In this document: piece after piece, positions 46,501 through 56,013 of the stretch
Position numbering within the stretch: position 1 is the first letter of the stretch
Layout: the number at the start of each line of letters is the position of its first letter
IMG/VR virus record: IMGVR_UViG_3300037418_003060
Location: 1-64,000 of that record
Reading direction: 5' to 3' (one strand)
Source: a virus
DNA length: 64,000 nt
Translations under genes and position numbers: made by a program
The notes under the pieces: model-generated
Seen by the model: the letters and a program-made list of their open reading frames with translations, nothing else
The model's database searches: none
What the model was told of the DNA's origin: nothing

Positions 46501-47125
46501 GGAGTGCTACCGCCTGGGCAAGAAGCTCAACTTCGTCGCCGAGTACGGCGCCATGGCGCCGAAGGTGGCGGCCACCTTGATGGTGGACGAGGACGAGGCC
46601 CAGACCTTCCTGGACGGGCGTGAAGACATGTTCCCGCGAGTGAAGGAATGGAAGCAGGAAGTCATCGCCTTCGCCAAGAAGCACGGCTACGTGCTGACCA
46701 TGAAAGGCGCACGCCGCCACCTGCGCGACGCACTGATGTCGGACGACCGGTTCGAGGCCTCCAAGGCCGAGCGCCAAGCGGTCAACTTCGAGGTGCAGGG
46801 GCCGTCGGCCGAGCAGACCAAGGAGGCGGAAGGTCGCATGTGGGCGCGCGGCCTGTTCTTCCGCTACGACGCGGTGTGCTATGGCCCGATTCACGACGAG
46901 CTGGTGATGTCGGTGATGATCGAGGACCTGGTGGAGTTCCTGCCCGAGGCGCACGCCTGCATGGCGGTGCAGTACGCCGGCATGAAGGTGCCCTGCCTCG
47001 GCTCGATCAGCTTCGGCGCCAACTTCTTCGACCAGATCGAGATCGGCACCGAGCCGACGCCCGAGGCGATCGAGGAGGGGCTGCGCAAGTTGCGCGGTGA
47101 GGTCGAACTTGCGGAGGCGGCATGA
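43529..47125 (+). CDS. polA: DNA polymerase family A with 5'-3' and 3'-5' exonuclease domains
   Basis: EGDD / LVGDSSDNIKG (5'-3' exo); LDIE, YGADD (3'-5' exo); DFDAQELR (A), K..NF...YG (B), IHDE (C). Confidence 0.95.
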   Translation: MTRVAYDMSSFMQTALRGGKDDENGYEVEHEGKKVWINSHYHGYDKCIDYMLDVLKEFGCKPMNAILVFEGMNQKARRQMIDPSYKGNRGKSPQAYYDEMGTLKVRLLQAWRDVGAIAVEQDIAEGDDTLAWLAQNSEEDLVVATYDNDLAALCGTNAYGAKITTWIGDVKGGQGLIDVNKFGAFDYHLIPTYKALVGDSSDNIKGILGFGPKAFEEFCSKYGYDGLAELQAMLLAGRLHPDLEAMDCKVVKKIVENQKDMFRCFELARLRPEWVDTMKNPLRWMPGKIRPVQQGDDPRLKPFLGRIKLITADNFEQAVEWARPHIEASVEVALDIEGSDADESDDWLEAQRSKGKAPGVDTFGSTLTGLGLTFGDNTQYTFYISVDHADTNNVESEKVRQFIASIPRHIPIVIQNTMYELPVLFNEWGAEQMTNGCHGFLPNVLDSLFEGSYVNENMELGLKERSRFYLGYTQETYDEVTTLTDKPEDLPRGGKLLRTNYLTETYETGKMVEDTSVGVINEDGSIPMIPEVKTRVVERETGEFETDYKGDLVLKKGKPVPIKEPVVDTVTRQYKMRELSARHVLGYGADDTICTIALHNFYKLHMQLEHHWQVYLDVEIGAAYQHAKNFVDGVPMSQEELNRQIAEDDKIFAGAWSTLRAYLMKKGWAGTEPPVYTRDITVAQVKEAYQIVTGEPLDTAIRTMSKLVTFIREVKDQPILAALLERMTAPLEPDSEITAEEAAKAGEGEDIIRMREKAFTDYVRSKFSGEPEFNDGSTPQMCRLLYEVMELPIRVRNKPTDIMRAKGINEGNPKADALAIAYALRDAEGDDEKVEVLKALQLMSMVGTRRSLYYEKYPHFPHWKDGKIHSQHKQCSTNTRRGASAKPNLQQLPKHPKMEGYAAAFRRVIVPHKPGAVVVSIDFDAQELRIIAERSQDPTALSMFVGDKLTKPHALTGLGIAMKLKPEILWTYDMFMQIHKDDQHELHKFVKECYRLGKKLNFVAEYGAMAPKVAATLMVDEDEAQTFLDGREDMFPRVKEWKQEVIAFAKKHGYVLTMKGARRHLRDALMSDDRFEASKAERQAVNFEVQGPSAEQTKEAEGRMWARGLFFRYDAVCYGPIHDELVMSVMIEDLVEFLPEAHACMAVQYAGMKVPCLGSISFGANFFDQIEIGTEPTPEAIEEGLRKLRGEVELAEAA

Positions 47126-47474
47126 ACGTCCTGTGCTGGCTGCTCGGTCATACGGACAGCAAGGTTCGCGAGCACGACGGGATGCAGCGATGGAGCATTT
47201 GCCGTCGCTGCGTCACCCAGTACCGTGAGGACGACACTGGAGGTGTGCTGATGCGGGAGGTTGGCCACGGCCTCGTTTTGCCGAGAGGTTACGGCATCGC
47301 CTGGCTGCACTACATCCGTGACAGCGGCGTTGCAATGCCGATACCACTGAACGTGGTGGCAGGTGCACTGCGTCGCGCCTGGTGCTGGTTGAAAGTACCG
47401 AGGCTGCTGGTCAGGGACCCGTATGCGGCGTATCGCGAAGGCCTTGAAGAAGGCCACAGGCAGGCGAGCGGAAA

Positions 47475-47798
47475 GTGAGCTGGCATTACCGGTGCATGAA
47501 GTGCCGGGGGCGCAACCTTCTGCAGTCGAAGATCGAGGGGTATTACGGCCCGGAGTGCCGCCACTGCGGCCACCAGCGGTTCTACCTGGACCGCCGGCGG
47601 CAGTGGCGCACCGATTATTGCACCTGCGACGGGTATCACTACAAGCACCGCGCCGGCAGCCCGTTCTGCACGTTGAACCCGAACTACGAGTTCAACGTGC
47701 GCACGCGGCGCTACGGCGAGGATCCGTTGGAGGTGCAGCTTGACCTGGCACTGAAATCAGAAGCGCAGCCGGACGACAAAGAAGGCTGTCCATTTTAA
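47475..47798 (+). CDS. Cys/His-rich zinc-finger protein
   Basis: CMKC, CRHC, CTC.GY..KHR.GS..C. Confidence 0.65.
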   Translation: MSWHYRCMKCRGRNLLQSKIEGYYGPECRHCGHQRFYLDRRRQWRTDYCTCDGYHYKHRAGSPFCTLNPNYEFNVRTRRYGEDPLEVQLDLALKSEAQPDDKEGCPF

Positions 47799-47830
47799 AG
47801 AGACGTAAAACAACAACCAAGGGAGCAGAA

Positions 47831-48127
47831 GTGAAAATCAACTACATCACCGGGCCGCAGGGCTGCGGCAAAACCACCCACCTCGAGATCGTCGCCAACA
47901 AGGCACAGCGCAAGGGTCTGGCCGTTGTGCGGCCGCGCATCACGAGCTCAGGTTTCCAGGGGCTGCAGGCTGACCTGCGCCGCGTCACGCCCAAGACTGT
48001 CGTACTGATAGACGAGGGCGAGGGCTGCGGCCTGCCGATCCAGTACGACCAGCTGCAGCTGCCGCACGGCGTGCAGGTGTTCGTCGCAAACCAAGGACCG
48101 CGCAACACCTGGGCCAACCTCTCCTGA
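47831..48127 (+). CDS. minimal P-loop NTPase-like protein
   Basis: GPQGCGKT Walker A and VLIDE Walker B in 98 aa. Confidence 0.6.
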   Translation: MKINYITGPQGCGKTTHLEIVANKAQRKGLAVVRPRITSSGFQGLQADLRRVTPKTVVLIDEGEGCGLPIQYDQLQLPHGVQVFVANQGPRNTWANLS

Positions 48128-48140
48128 AAGGAATAACAAC

Positions 48141-49130
48141 ATGACCAAGACCCTCCCCCAACTGGCCATCGACGTCAAACCCGACTTCAAGAGCATGCGC
48201 TTCCCCGTCTGGGGCTTCCGCAAGATCGACGGCGTGCGCGGCTGCCACGTTACCGGTAAGTTCACCGGCCGCTCGCTGGAAGATATGAAGAATACCGACC
48301 TGGCCGCGAAGTTCAGCAGCGCTGAATATGAAGGCTTCGACGGCGAGCTGACGATCGATGGCTACCTGCGCAACTGCGATCTGCCGGCCGAGCTGAAGCC
48401 GGAAGGCAACGAGACTCTGTGCTCGCTCACCACCGGCATCACCAACCGCGCCAAGCTGCGCAAGGGCGAGACCGCGCTGCCGACGAACGTGATCTGGAAC
48501 CTGTTCGACTGGCTGCACCCGCTGCTGCTCGACCAGCCCTACGAGGTACGCTACGAGAAGCTGAGCCAGCACTTGGAAGCGTACCGGCAGGCCGACGTGT
48601 TCCTGCTCGGCTACACCATCATCAACAGCCCCGAAGAAGCTGCCGCCTTCTGCATCGAGTGCGTGGAGCTGGGCTACGAAGGCGCAGTCTTCCGTGATCC
48701 GGCCGCCCGGCACAAGCACGGCCGCGCCACGGCGAAGAGCAACGACTTCTGGCGCTTCAAGCCAGCCTCGGTCAAGGACTGCGTGATCACCGGCTTCGAG
48801 GAGGCGATGGAGAACCAGAACGAGGCGACCACCAACGCGCTGGGTCGCACCGAGCGCAGCTCCCACAAGGAGAACAAGGTCGGCAAGGGCATGATCGGCG
48901 CCTTCCTTGCGCGTGACGTTGTCGACGGCGAGCCGGTCGGCCCTGTGCTGCGCCTGGGCCCGGGCAGCTCGACGCACCAGCAGCGCATCGACTGGTTCAA
49001 CAACCCGGACGAGATCGTCGGCTGGCCGGCCGAGTACATGTCGCTCGACACGGGTGTGAAGGACGCGCCGCGCCAGGCGCGCTTCGTGCGCCGCCGCGAG
49101 AAGTACGACATGCCGAAGGAGGCAGCGTGA
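48141..49130 (+). CDS. ATP-dependent DNA ligase
   Basis: KIDG (I), FDGE (III), LFD (IIIa), YEGAV (IV), WRFKP (V). Confidence 0.9.
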   Translation: MTKTLPQLAIDVKPDFKSMRFPVWGFRKIDGVRGCHVTGKFTGRSLEDMKNTDLAAKFSSAEYEGFDGELTIDGYLRNCDLPAELKPEGNETLCSLTTGITNRAKLRKGETALPTNVIWNLFDWLHPLLLDQPYEVRYEKLSQHLEAYRQADVFLLGYTIINSPEEAAAFCIECVELGYEGAVFRDPAARHKHGRATAKSNDFWRFKPASVKDCVITGFEEAMENQNEATTNALGRTERSSHKENKVGKGMIGAFLARDVVDGEPVGPVLRLGPGSSTHQQRIDWFNNPDEIVGWPAEYMSLDTGVKDAPRQARFVRRREKYDMPKEAA

Positions 49131-49522
49131 TGGCCCAGAAACTACCTAACCCGCCGCCAAGGCAGCCGGCAGTGCCTGTCTCTGCGCCCGCGATGAACAA
49201 CGTTGAAGTCGGTGACAAGGTCTTGGTCACCTGCGACAACTGGTTCTACGCGCCAAACGGCCAACACTACCGTGCGGTGTTTGGCACGGTAAGGGCGGTG
49301 CGCACAGCCGAAGACACGCTGGGCGTGCGCCCGAACGGCAAGAGTACGAACTGGTATGTCGAAGTTGGCAACATGACGATCGCCGGCTGCCAGGTTCATT
49401 ACGTGGTGAAGACGGACCGGTGCGATCTGGGCACAACGTGCTCCTGGACTGAAGAGAAGGGCGTGGTGGTGTATTTCGACCGCCCTAGCCACATCTACAA
49501 CGCTGACGAGGAGACCGCATGA
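49130..49522 (+). CDS. hypothetical protein
   Basis: TGATG coupling. Confidence 0.65.
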   Translation: MAQKLPNPPPRQPAVPVSAPAMNNVEVGDKVLVTCDNWFYAPNGQHYRAVFGTVRAVRTAEDTLGVRPNGKSTNWYVEVGNMTIAGCQVHYVVKTDRCDLGTTCSWTEEKGVVVYFDRPSHIYNADEETA

Positions 49523-49725
49523 AAATCCGCACCACCCTCGACGTGGTCGAGATCCCTGCCGGGAAGGTCGATGAAGCGATTCGTCGCCTGATTCTCGAAG
49601 AGACTGGTCGTGAGATGGCCGAAATCGTCTTTGTCAACCCTGTGGAGGAGGTTCTCATCAGCGCGCCTAAACGCCTGCGAGTGTACCTCAACGCAACCCT
49701 GAAGCCTGTGCCTGTGGGCTGACCG

Positions 49726-49971
49726 ATGCGCGGCCGCTACCAGAAGAATCAGCGGCCGCTCCGCAACCCTGTTGTTGCAGAGCGCAGCTGCGAGAGCAAG
49801 GTGCGTTACACGAGCGAAGACGTCGCGCGCGCAGTAGGCATCGAACGGCAGAACGACAGCGCAGTCCCGCTGTTCATCTACGAGTGCCCACTGTGCCGCG
49901 GCTGGCACCTGACCAAGAGGGCCAGACCGAAAGAGCTGGCCGTTGACTTTTACCTGAGAGAGACAGAATGA
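49726..49971 (+). CDS. small zinc-binding protein
   Basis: C.SK..Y...YECPLCRGWHLT. Confidence 0.6.
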   Translation: MRGRYQKNQRPLRNPVVAERSCESKVRYTSEDVARAVGIERQNDSAVPLFIYECPLCRGWHLTKRARPKELAVDFYLRETE

Positions 49972-50858
49972 CCCAAGAAACCCGATACCTTGACCTGCTC
50001 GACCATATCCTGCACAACGGCGAGCGCGAATCCAACCGCACCGGCATCGACACCCTGACCATCCCCGGAGCCATGCTCAAGTTCGACCTGCGCAAGGGCT
50101 TCCCGGCCGTGACCACGAAGGAACTCAACTTCAAGGCCGTCGTCGGCGAGCTGATCGGCTTCCTGCGCGGCTGCACCAGCGCCGCCGACTTCCGCGCGCT
50201 GGGCTGCAACGTGTGGAACCAGAACGCCAACGAGAACAAGGACTGGCTGGTCAACCCGCACCGTCTGGGTGAGGACGACCTGGGCCGGATCTACGGCGCG
50301 CAGTGGCGCTGCTGGGCTGGGCTGGGGATCACTTCCGCACCGGTCATCGTCGACCAGATCGAGCGTGCGCTGCATGACCTGCGCTACAACCCGACCAGCC
50401 GACGCATCCTCGTCTCCGCCTGGAACCCGGCCGAGCTTGACCAGGCCGCGCTGCCGCCGTGCCACGTGCTGTTCCAGCTGCTGCCGCGCAGCGACGGCAC
50501 GCTGCACATGACGATGTACCAGCGTTCGGTGGATAGTTTCCTGGGCCTGCCGTTCAACATTGCCAGCTACGCGCTGCTGCTCGAGCTGTTCGCCGCCTGG
50601 TCCGGCCGCACCGCTGCCACGCTCACGATGTTCCTCGCTGACGTGCACATCTACGAGAACCACATCGATCAGGTGAAGAAACAGCTGCGGCGCATGCCGC
50701 TGCCGGCGCCGAAGCTGCTCCTGCGCATGGACGGCACGGCGACCGTGGACGACCTGGAGAGGCTGCTGGCGAAGCTGGACAACACGTCTGAATTCCCGAC
50801 AGCAGAACTGATCGGCTACCAATCCCACCCGGCGCTGCGCGCGCCGATGGCGGTGTAA
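49968..50858 (+). CDS. thyA: thymidylate synthase
   Basis: RTG, YGAQWR, LPPCH, YQRSVD..LG.PFNIASY, HIYENH. Confidence 0.96.
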   Translation: MTQETRYLDLLDHILHNGERESNRTGIDTLTIPGAMLKFDLRKGFPAVTTKELNFKAVVGELIGFLRGCTSAADFRALGCNVWNQNANENKDWLVNPHRLGEDDLGRIYGAQWRCWAGLGITSAPVIVDQIERALHDLRYNPTSRRILVSAWNPAELDQAALPPCHVLFQLLPRSDGTLHMTMYQRSVDSFLGLPFNIASYALLLELFAAWSGRTAATLTMFLADVHIYENHIDQVKKQLRRMPLPAPKLLLRMDGTATVDDLERLLAKLDNTSEFPTAELIGYQSHPALRAPMAV

Positions 50859-50860
50859 TC

Positions 50861-51412
50861 ATGGCGCCGGTCAAAACAGCCAACGGCGGACCTGCCAATC
50901 GCGGGAAGTATTGTGAAAAGAAGGTCAAGGAGATCCTCGAGTATTTCGAGAAGCGCAACATGACCTTCACCTACAACCGCTGCCTGGACGCGCACGCGGC
51001 CGCCGGCCGCTTCCCGGCGCAGGCGGGTGACTACCAGGCGTTCGTGAAGCTGACCGTAGCCTATTCGTTTGAGTGCGCAGGTCTGACGAAGCCTGTGTCG
51101 GGTCAGGACTGGTTCCAGGCCTCCCGCAACTTCATCCTCGAGTGCAAGGAGGTAGCCCACTCACACCTGCTCCCGCCGAAGAACTACTCGGCCGACAAGG
51201 TCGCGCGCGTGCAAAAGCGCGTGCTGGCCGGCACTGAGGCGATCGTCGTCGTCCTGCACAAGAAGCCGACGTTCGTGTACCGCCTGGTGCCGTTCTCGGT
51301 GTTCACGCAGCGGCCGGCTAGGGGCAGCTGGGACCTGTCGGCCTACCCGACCTACCTCGATATCCACGCGCTGCAGAAGGCGCTGGGCGAATTCATGGGA
51401 GTGACAGCATGA
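50861..51412 (+). CDS. RecU-like Holliday junction resolvase (PD-(D/E)xK)
   Basis: NRG...E, GDY, LECKE motifs. Confidence 0.6.
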   Translation: MAPVKTANGGPANRGKYCEKKVKEILEYFEKRNMTFTYNRCLDAHAAAGRFPAQAGDYQAFVKLTVAYSFECAGLTKPVSGQDWFQASRNFILECKEVAHSHLLPPKNYSADKVARVQKRVLAGTEAIVVVLHKKPTFVYRLVPFSVFTQRPARGSWDLSAYPTYLDIHALQKALGEFMGVTA

Positions 51413-51729
51413 CGCGCCAAGTTACTGAGAAAGACCTGCGCCGCCCCGAGTTCAGCGAGGGCGGCCCGGAAGACTACGAGTTCCGCAAGGACGGCAAGCT
51501 GGTGCGCAAGGACCGCTGGGAGCAGGGCCTGCGCAGCGTCGCCATGATTGTGCTCGGGCGAGGTGCGTTCGAGGTCGACGATGTCGTCGACGCGGTGCGC
51601 CAGCTGCACGGCGTGCAGGTGCTGGAAGCGATCAGGGACGCCCGTTTCGTGTTCGAAAGCGAGCCGAAGGCAATCGAGTGCCTCGACTATCTGGAGCAGC
51701 TGCGCATCAGGCCGAAGGAGGAAACATAA
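51409..51729 (+). CDS. hypothetical protein
   Basis: ATGA coupling. Confidence 0.65.
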   Translation: MTRQVTEKDLRRPEFSEGGPEDYEFRKDGKLVRKDRWEQGLRSVAMIVLGRGAFEVDDVVDAVRQLHGVQVLEAIRDARFVFESEPKAIECLDYLEQLRIRPKEET

Positions 51730-52091
51730 TGAGCTGGGAAATCGGATACGACAACGACTTGAACAGGGACGTCGGCTACGGTGTGCCGGCGTATTGCGAT
51801 CAGCCAGGCTGCACAGCGGAGATCGATCGCGGCCTGGGGCACATCTGCGGCGGTGAGCCGTTCGGAGGTGAGCACGGCTGCGGCCTGCACTTCTGCACTC
51901 ACCACCTGGCAGACCCGCACCAACTTTGCCACCGCTGCAGGCAGGGGCTGCCGCACTTCGCCTTGAAACCTGACCACCCAAAGTGGATGCACTGGAAGCT
52001 GACCGACAGCAGCTGGCAGGAATGGCGCAACAAGAACCCTGAAGCAGTGGCTGCACTGACGGCCGCCCTGGCCGAGAAAGGACAACAATGA
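51729..52091 (+). CDS. conserved Cys-rich phage protein
   Basis: RDVGYGVPAYCD.PGC...IDRGL...CG...GCGL.FC..H. Confidence 0.7.
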   Translation: MSWEIGYDNDLNRDVGYGVPAYCDQPGCTAEIDRGLGHICGGEPFGGEHGCGLHFCTHHLADPHQLCHRCRQGLPHFALKPDHPKWMHWKLTDSSWQEWRNKNPEAVAALTAALAEKGQQ

Positions 52092-53131
52092 CGACCCTCA
52101 CCGTAATCAACGACTGGCACCTAGGCGCCGTGCGCTCCGGCGGCACCACGCCGGCCACCGCCTACCAGCTGCGCCAGGACCTGCTGGCTAACGGCCAGGC
52201 CATCCTCGAACAGATCACCGGCGACCTGCTGGTCAACGGCGACCTGTTCGACGGCCCGGACATCCCGCGCGCCGACCTGCTGGCGGCCGTGCGGATGTTC
52301 AGCGTCTGGCTGGAGCGCAAGGACACCGGCCACCTACTGCTTGCGAACGGCAACCACGACCTCGACAAGAACTCGACCAAGCTGTCCTCGTTCCAGTTCT
52401 TCGCGCAGCTGCTGTGCGAGCTGTACCCAGATCGTGTGATGCACATCGTGGAAGGTACGCGCCTGTGGCAGCATGACGCCTACGTGATCCCGCACATGCC
52501 CAACCAGGAGCTGTTCGACCTAGAGCTGGGCAAGGTGCCCGAGTGCCGCTACCTGTTCGTGCACGCCAACTACGACAACCAGTTCGCGGTCGAGATGGAC
52601 CACAGCCTGAACCTGTCGAAGGAAGTGGCCGAGAAGCTGCCGGTCGAGTACATCGTGTTCGGCCACGAGCACCAGGGGCGTAACAAGCTGGGCGGCAAGG
52701 TCGTCATCGTCGGCAACCAGTTCCCGAGCAGCGTGTCGGACTGCCTGGGCGGCGCCGGCAAATATCGTTTCGAAACGAAACCGAACGGCGGCTTCGTCTT
52801 ACGTTCGACCTGGGGCGACGACGGAGACTTCATCGAGGTCGACTGGCGCGAGATCGCCGACCACGGCGCGCGCTTCGTGCGCGTCACCGGCACGGCCAGC
52901 GCCGACGAGGCCAACAAGGTCGTGAACGCGATCGCGCGCCTGCGCCGCGAATCTTCCGCGCTCGTCATCACCAACGCGGTCAAGGTGGCCAGCGTCACGG
53001 ACGGCGAAGAGATGCAGCTGACGCACGAAGAGGTCACCAGCTTCAACGCGATGGAAGCCCTGCTTGAATTCCTCGGGCCTGACGACGGCGCCGAGCTCAC
53101 CAAAATCCTGGAGGAGGAAGAGAATGCTTAA
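52088..53131 (+). CDS. sbcD: SbcD/Mre11-like nuclease
   Basis: DWH, GDLFD, GNHD, GHEH metallophosphoesterase motifs; near SbcC. Confidence 0.85.
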   Translation: MTTLTVINDWHLGAVRSGGTTPATAYQLRQDLLANGQAILEQITGDLLVNGDLFDGPDIPRADLLAAVRMFSVWLERKDTGHLLLANGNHDLDKNSTKLSSFQFFAQLLCELYPDRVMHIVEGTRLWQHDAYVIPHMPNQELFDLELGKVPECRYLFVHANYDNQFAVEMDHSLNLSKEVAEKLPVEYIVFGHEHQGRNKLGGKVVIVGNQFPSSVSDCLGGAGKYRFETKPNGGFVLRSTWGDDGDFIEVDWREIADHGARFVRVTGTASADEANKVVNAIARLRRESSALVITNAVKVASVTDGEEMQLTHEEVTSFNAMEALLEFLGPDDGAELTKILEEEENA

Positions 53132-53525
53132 CATGCTTGCAAATCTGGCCAAGGCCGGCGTGGCCACGGTGCTGGCGCCGGTGGCTGTGGTGGTCGACGT
53201 CGTGTCTATGCCGTTCGCCGACGTGGGCGATTACAACAAGCCGGTGTTCGACAAGACCGGCAGGCTGTTGAGTGCGGCCGGCGAGGCGGTGAAAGAAGCC
53301 GTCAGGGTGGAGAAGGATTGATGGACGCCAATTCCTACCTCGACTACAAGTGCCGGCAGTGCGGCCAGCGGTTCTCGCTAGTGTCGGAGCACGATACCCC
53401 TGAACGTGCGCTGGCCAACGCCATCGTCGGCAATGAACTGCTTGACATCCACACCTGCAGCAGCACCCTGGTTGGTATTGCCGACCTGATTGGTGCCCGT
53501 CCACCTGCAAACCAGAAAGTGAACG

Positions 53526-55718
53526 ATGCTTAATAAAATCAAACTCCAAAACTTCCGCAAGCACGTCGACCGCGAATTCCAGTTCGGCCCGGGCCTGAAC
53601 GCGATCCGTGGGGCCAATGAGGCAGGAAAGACCACAGCCCTCGAAGGCTTGACCTACTTCTGCTTCGGCAGCGGCGCACTGCGCCAGCCGCTGGACGAGG
53701 TGGTCACCTACGGCACGCCGGTGGCCAAGCTGCGCGTGGACGTCGAGCTCGAGGTGCTGGGCGTGACCTACACCGGATACCGCGGCAAGTCCGGCGCCGA
53801 GGTCCGCTTCGGCAATGAGATCGTCACCGGCCAGCGCGAGGTCACGCGCCACTTCGAGCAGCTGTTCGGCGTGGATGCCAAGACTGCCGGCAAGCTAATG
53901 TTCGCCAGCCAGAAGGGGTTGGCCGAGTCGCTCAAGGGTGGCCCGGCCGAAGCCGGCGCCCTGATCGAGGACCTGGCCGGCTTCGACTTGTTCGAGCGGG
54001 CGATCACGGCGATCCAGAAGCGCCGGCCGTGTGGCCTGACCGGCAACGCCGAGACGCGCGTGGCCACGCTGCGCGCGCAGGTGGTCGACGAAGTGGCCGA
54101 GGACCTGGAGCCGCTGCGGGCGCAGGTCTCCGGCGCCGAGAAGGCGCTGGAGGTGCGCACGCAGGAGCTGGAAAAACAGCAAACGCAACTTGCGGTACTT
54201 GACGTCCAGGCCGCCAACGTCATCCTGGCTGACGAGAAGCGCCTCCAGGCGACGATCGCAGCCTCGGACAGGGAACTGGCCCAGCTCGATGAAAAACTCG
54301 CTGTAGCGGCTCCTGTCGCGCCGACGGACGAGGAAATCGCGGCGGTGCGCCAGCAGGTAGAAGATGAGAAGCAGTTCGACCGGCTGGCTACGCTGCACGC
54401 CAAGCTGGTGGCCCGTACCGTGGCGCCGCAGTGGGACAAGGACCTGGCTTCGCTTGAGCAGGAGATTTCCGATACGTCCAGCAAGGTGGTCGAGCGCCGC
54501 AAGGCTGTTGCCGAGCTTGAGCTGGAGCTGTCCTCGGTCGGGCGCAAGCTGCTTGAGGCACGTGGCACGTTCGGCAGGAAGATTGCCACGGCAGAGGGTC
54601 GGTTGATCCGCGAGACGACCTGCGCGCTGTGCCAGAAGGACTTGTCGGACGTGCCGGAGGTGGCCCAGGTAAATGCCAAGGCGCACGCCGAAGTGCAGCA
54701 GCTGCGCGACGAACAGGCTGTTGCCGAGCTGGCGCTGCAGCAGCAGGAGTTTTCGTTGAAAGAGGTGATAGCCAGCGACCGCAATGCCCTGGCCACGGCC
54801 GAGCAGTACCTGTCCGCCCTGAACACTGTCGTCGCGACCAACGCCAAGGTAGAGCAGCTGTACGCCGGCGCGGCCGACTACATCGAGGTCGACCGCAGCA
54901 CGGTGCCCGGCACCTGGAAGTGGACCGGGCCCGACGTCACCGGCGTGCCCACGAACACGGCGGCGCCGCGGCTGGCGCAGCTGGAGGCGGCGGCGCGCGC
55001 GGCGGTGGCCTTCGCGGCGGCGCGCGGCGAGCAGCAGGAACGTCGCACTGCGGTCGTGGTGCAGCGCGCGGCCGCCGTAGCAGCTCTGACCGACCTGCCG
55101 CTGGCCGACGCGCGCGAGACGCTCGAGCTGGCCGCGCAGCTGGGGCCGAAGATCGAGGCGGCGCGCGCGGCGCGCGACACGGCGCGCAGCACCCTGCAGC
55201 AGCTGCAGTCCCAGCTGTCGACCAAGGAGGCGCTGGCCAAGCAGCGGGCCGAGCATCTTGCCCAGGTCAGGCAGCAGCTTGAGGCGACCGAGAAGGAACT
55301 GGCCGACATGGTGCGCTATAACCTCCTGATCAAGAAGATCCGCGAGGCGCGCCCGGTGATCGCCACCAAGCTGTGGAACATCGTGCTGGCCGGGGTCTCG
55401 AAGTACCTGTCGATGGTGCGCGAGGAGCCGTCGATCGTCACGCGCGCGGACGGCGTGTTCCTGTGCGACGGCCACCCGGTAGCCGGCCTGTCCGGCTCGG
55501 GCGAGGACATGCTGGGGCTGGCCGCGCGCATCGCGCTCACGCGCACGTTCCTGCCAGGCGTGGACTTCCTGAACCTGGATGAACCGGCCGCGGCGTGCAG
55601 CGATGAGCGCGAGGGCAGGATGCTGGGCATGCTCTCGACGCTGGACTTCGGCCAGATCGTGCTGGTGACCCACTCGGACCTGGCGGACGCTTTCGCCGAC
55701 CGTATTGTCAACGTATAA
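53526..55718 (+). CDS. sbcC: SbcC/Rad50-like SMC ATPase
   Basis: GANEAGKT, coiled coils, CALC zinc hook, LSGSG signature, LDE, VTH. Confidence 0.9.
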   Translation: MLNKIKLQNFRKHVDREFQFGPGLNAIRGANEAGKTTALEGLTYFCFGSGALRQPLDEVVTYGTPVAKLRVDVELEVLGVTYTGYRGKSGAEVRFGNEIVTGQREVTRHFEQLFGVDAKTAGKLMFASQKGLAESLKGGPAEAGALIEDLAGFDLFERAITAIQKRRPCGLTGNAETRVATLRAQVVDEVAEDLEPLRAQVSGAEKALEVRTQELEKQQTQLAVLDVQAANVILADEKRLQATIAASDRELAQLDEKLAVAAPVAPTDEEIAAVRQQVEDEKQFDRLATLHAKLVARTVAPQWDKDLASLEQEISDTSSKVVERRKAVAELELELSSVGRKLLEARGTFGRKIATAEGRLIRETTCALCQKDLSDVPEVAQVNAKAHAEVQQLRDEQAVAELALQQQEFSLKEVIASDRNALATAEQYLSALNTVVATNAKVEQLYAGAADYIEVDRSTVPGTWKWTGPDVTGVPTNTAAPRLAQLEAAARAAVAFAAARGEQQERRTAVVVQRAAAVAALTDLPLADARETLELAAQLGPKIEAARAARDTARSTLQQLQSQLSTKEALAKQRAEHLAQVRQQLEATEKELADMVRYNLLIKKIREARPVIATKLWNIVLAGVSKYLSMVREEPSIVTRADGVFLCDGHPVAGLSGSGEDMLGLAARIALTRTFLPGVDFLNLDEPAAACSDEREGRMLGMLSTLDFGQIVLVTHSDLADAFADRIVNV

Positions 55719-55728
55719 GGAGAAAGAG

Positions 55729-56013
55729 ATGGAAAATAGACGACACAAAAGCTGCGTGATTGACCTGGGCGCGCCCTCCGACATGCAGGACGGCAGCTGC
55801 GCGGCGCTGCCGGTCATGGTCTCGGCCGATGAGTACGGCTACTGGGCGCACTCGTTCTGGATGCCAGACGAGCACGAACTCGAGGCGCTGAATGCCGGCG
55901 GCAGCGTGGTGCTGCAGGTGCGTGTTGGGGGCACCCCGGGGCAGCTCCCCAATCTGAACGTCCACCCTGTGATCAGCCTGAGTGTCACCCCTGAACTGAC
56001 GGAGCCGGCATGA
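55729..56013 (+). CDS. conserved hypothetical protein
   Basis: C..LPV...SFW.P...EL..LNAGG.V.L...HP.I; AGGAG SD. Confidence 0.65.
   Translation: MENRRHKSCVIDLGAPSDMQDGSCAALPVMVSADEYGYWAHSFWMPDEHELEALNAGGSVVLQVRVGGTPGQLPNLNVHPVISLSVTPELTEPA

Noticed and set aside
49968-50858. ThyA as a dUMP/dCMP hydroxymethylase for hypermodified DNA
   Set aside because: Keeps canonical TS motifs including the specificity Asn (PFNIASY); no modification partner genes recognised
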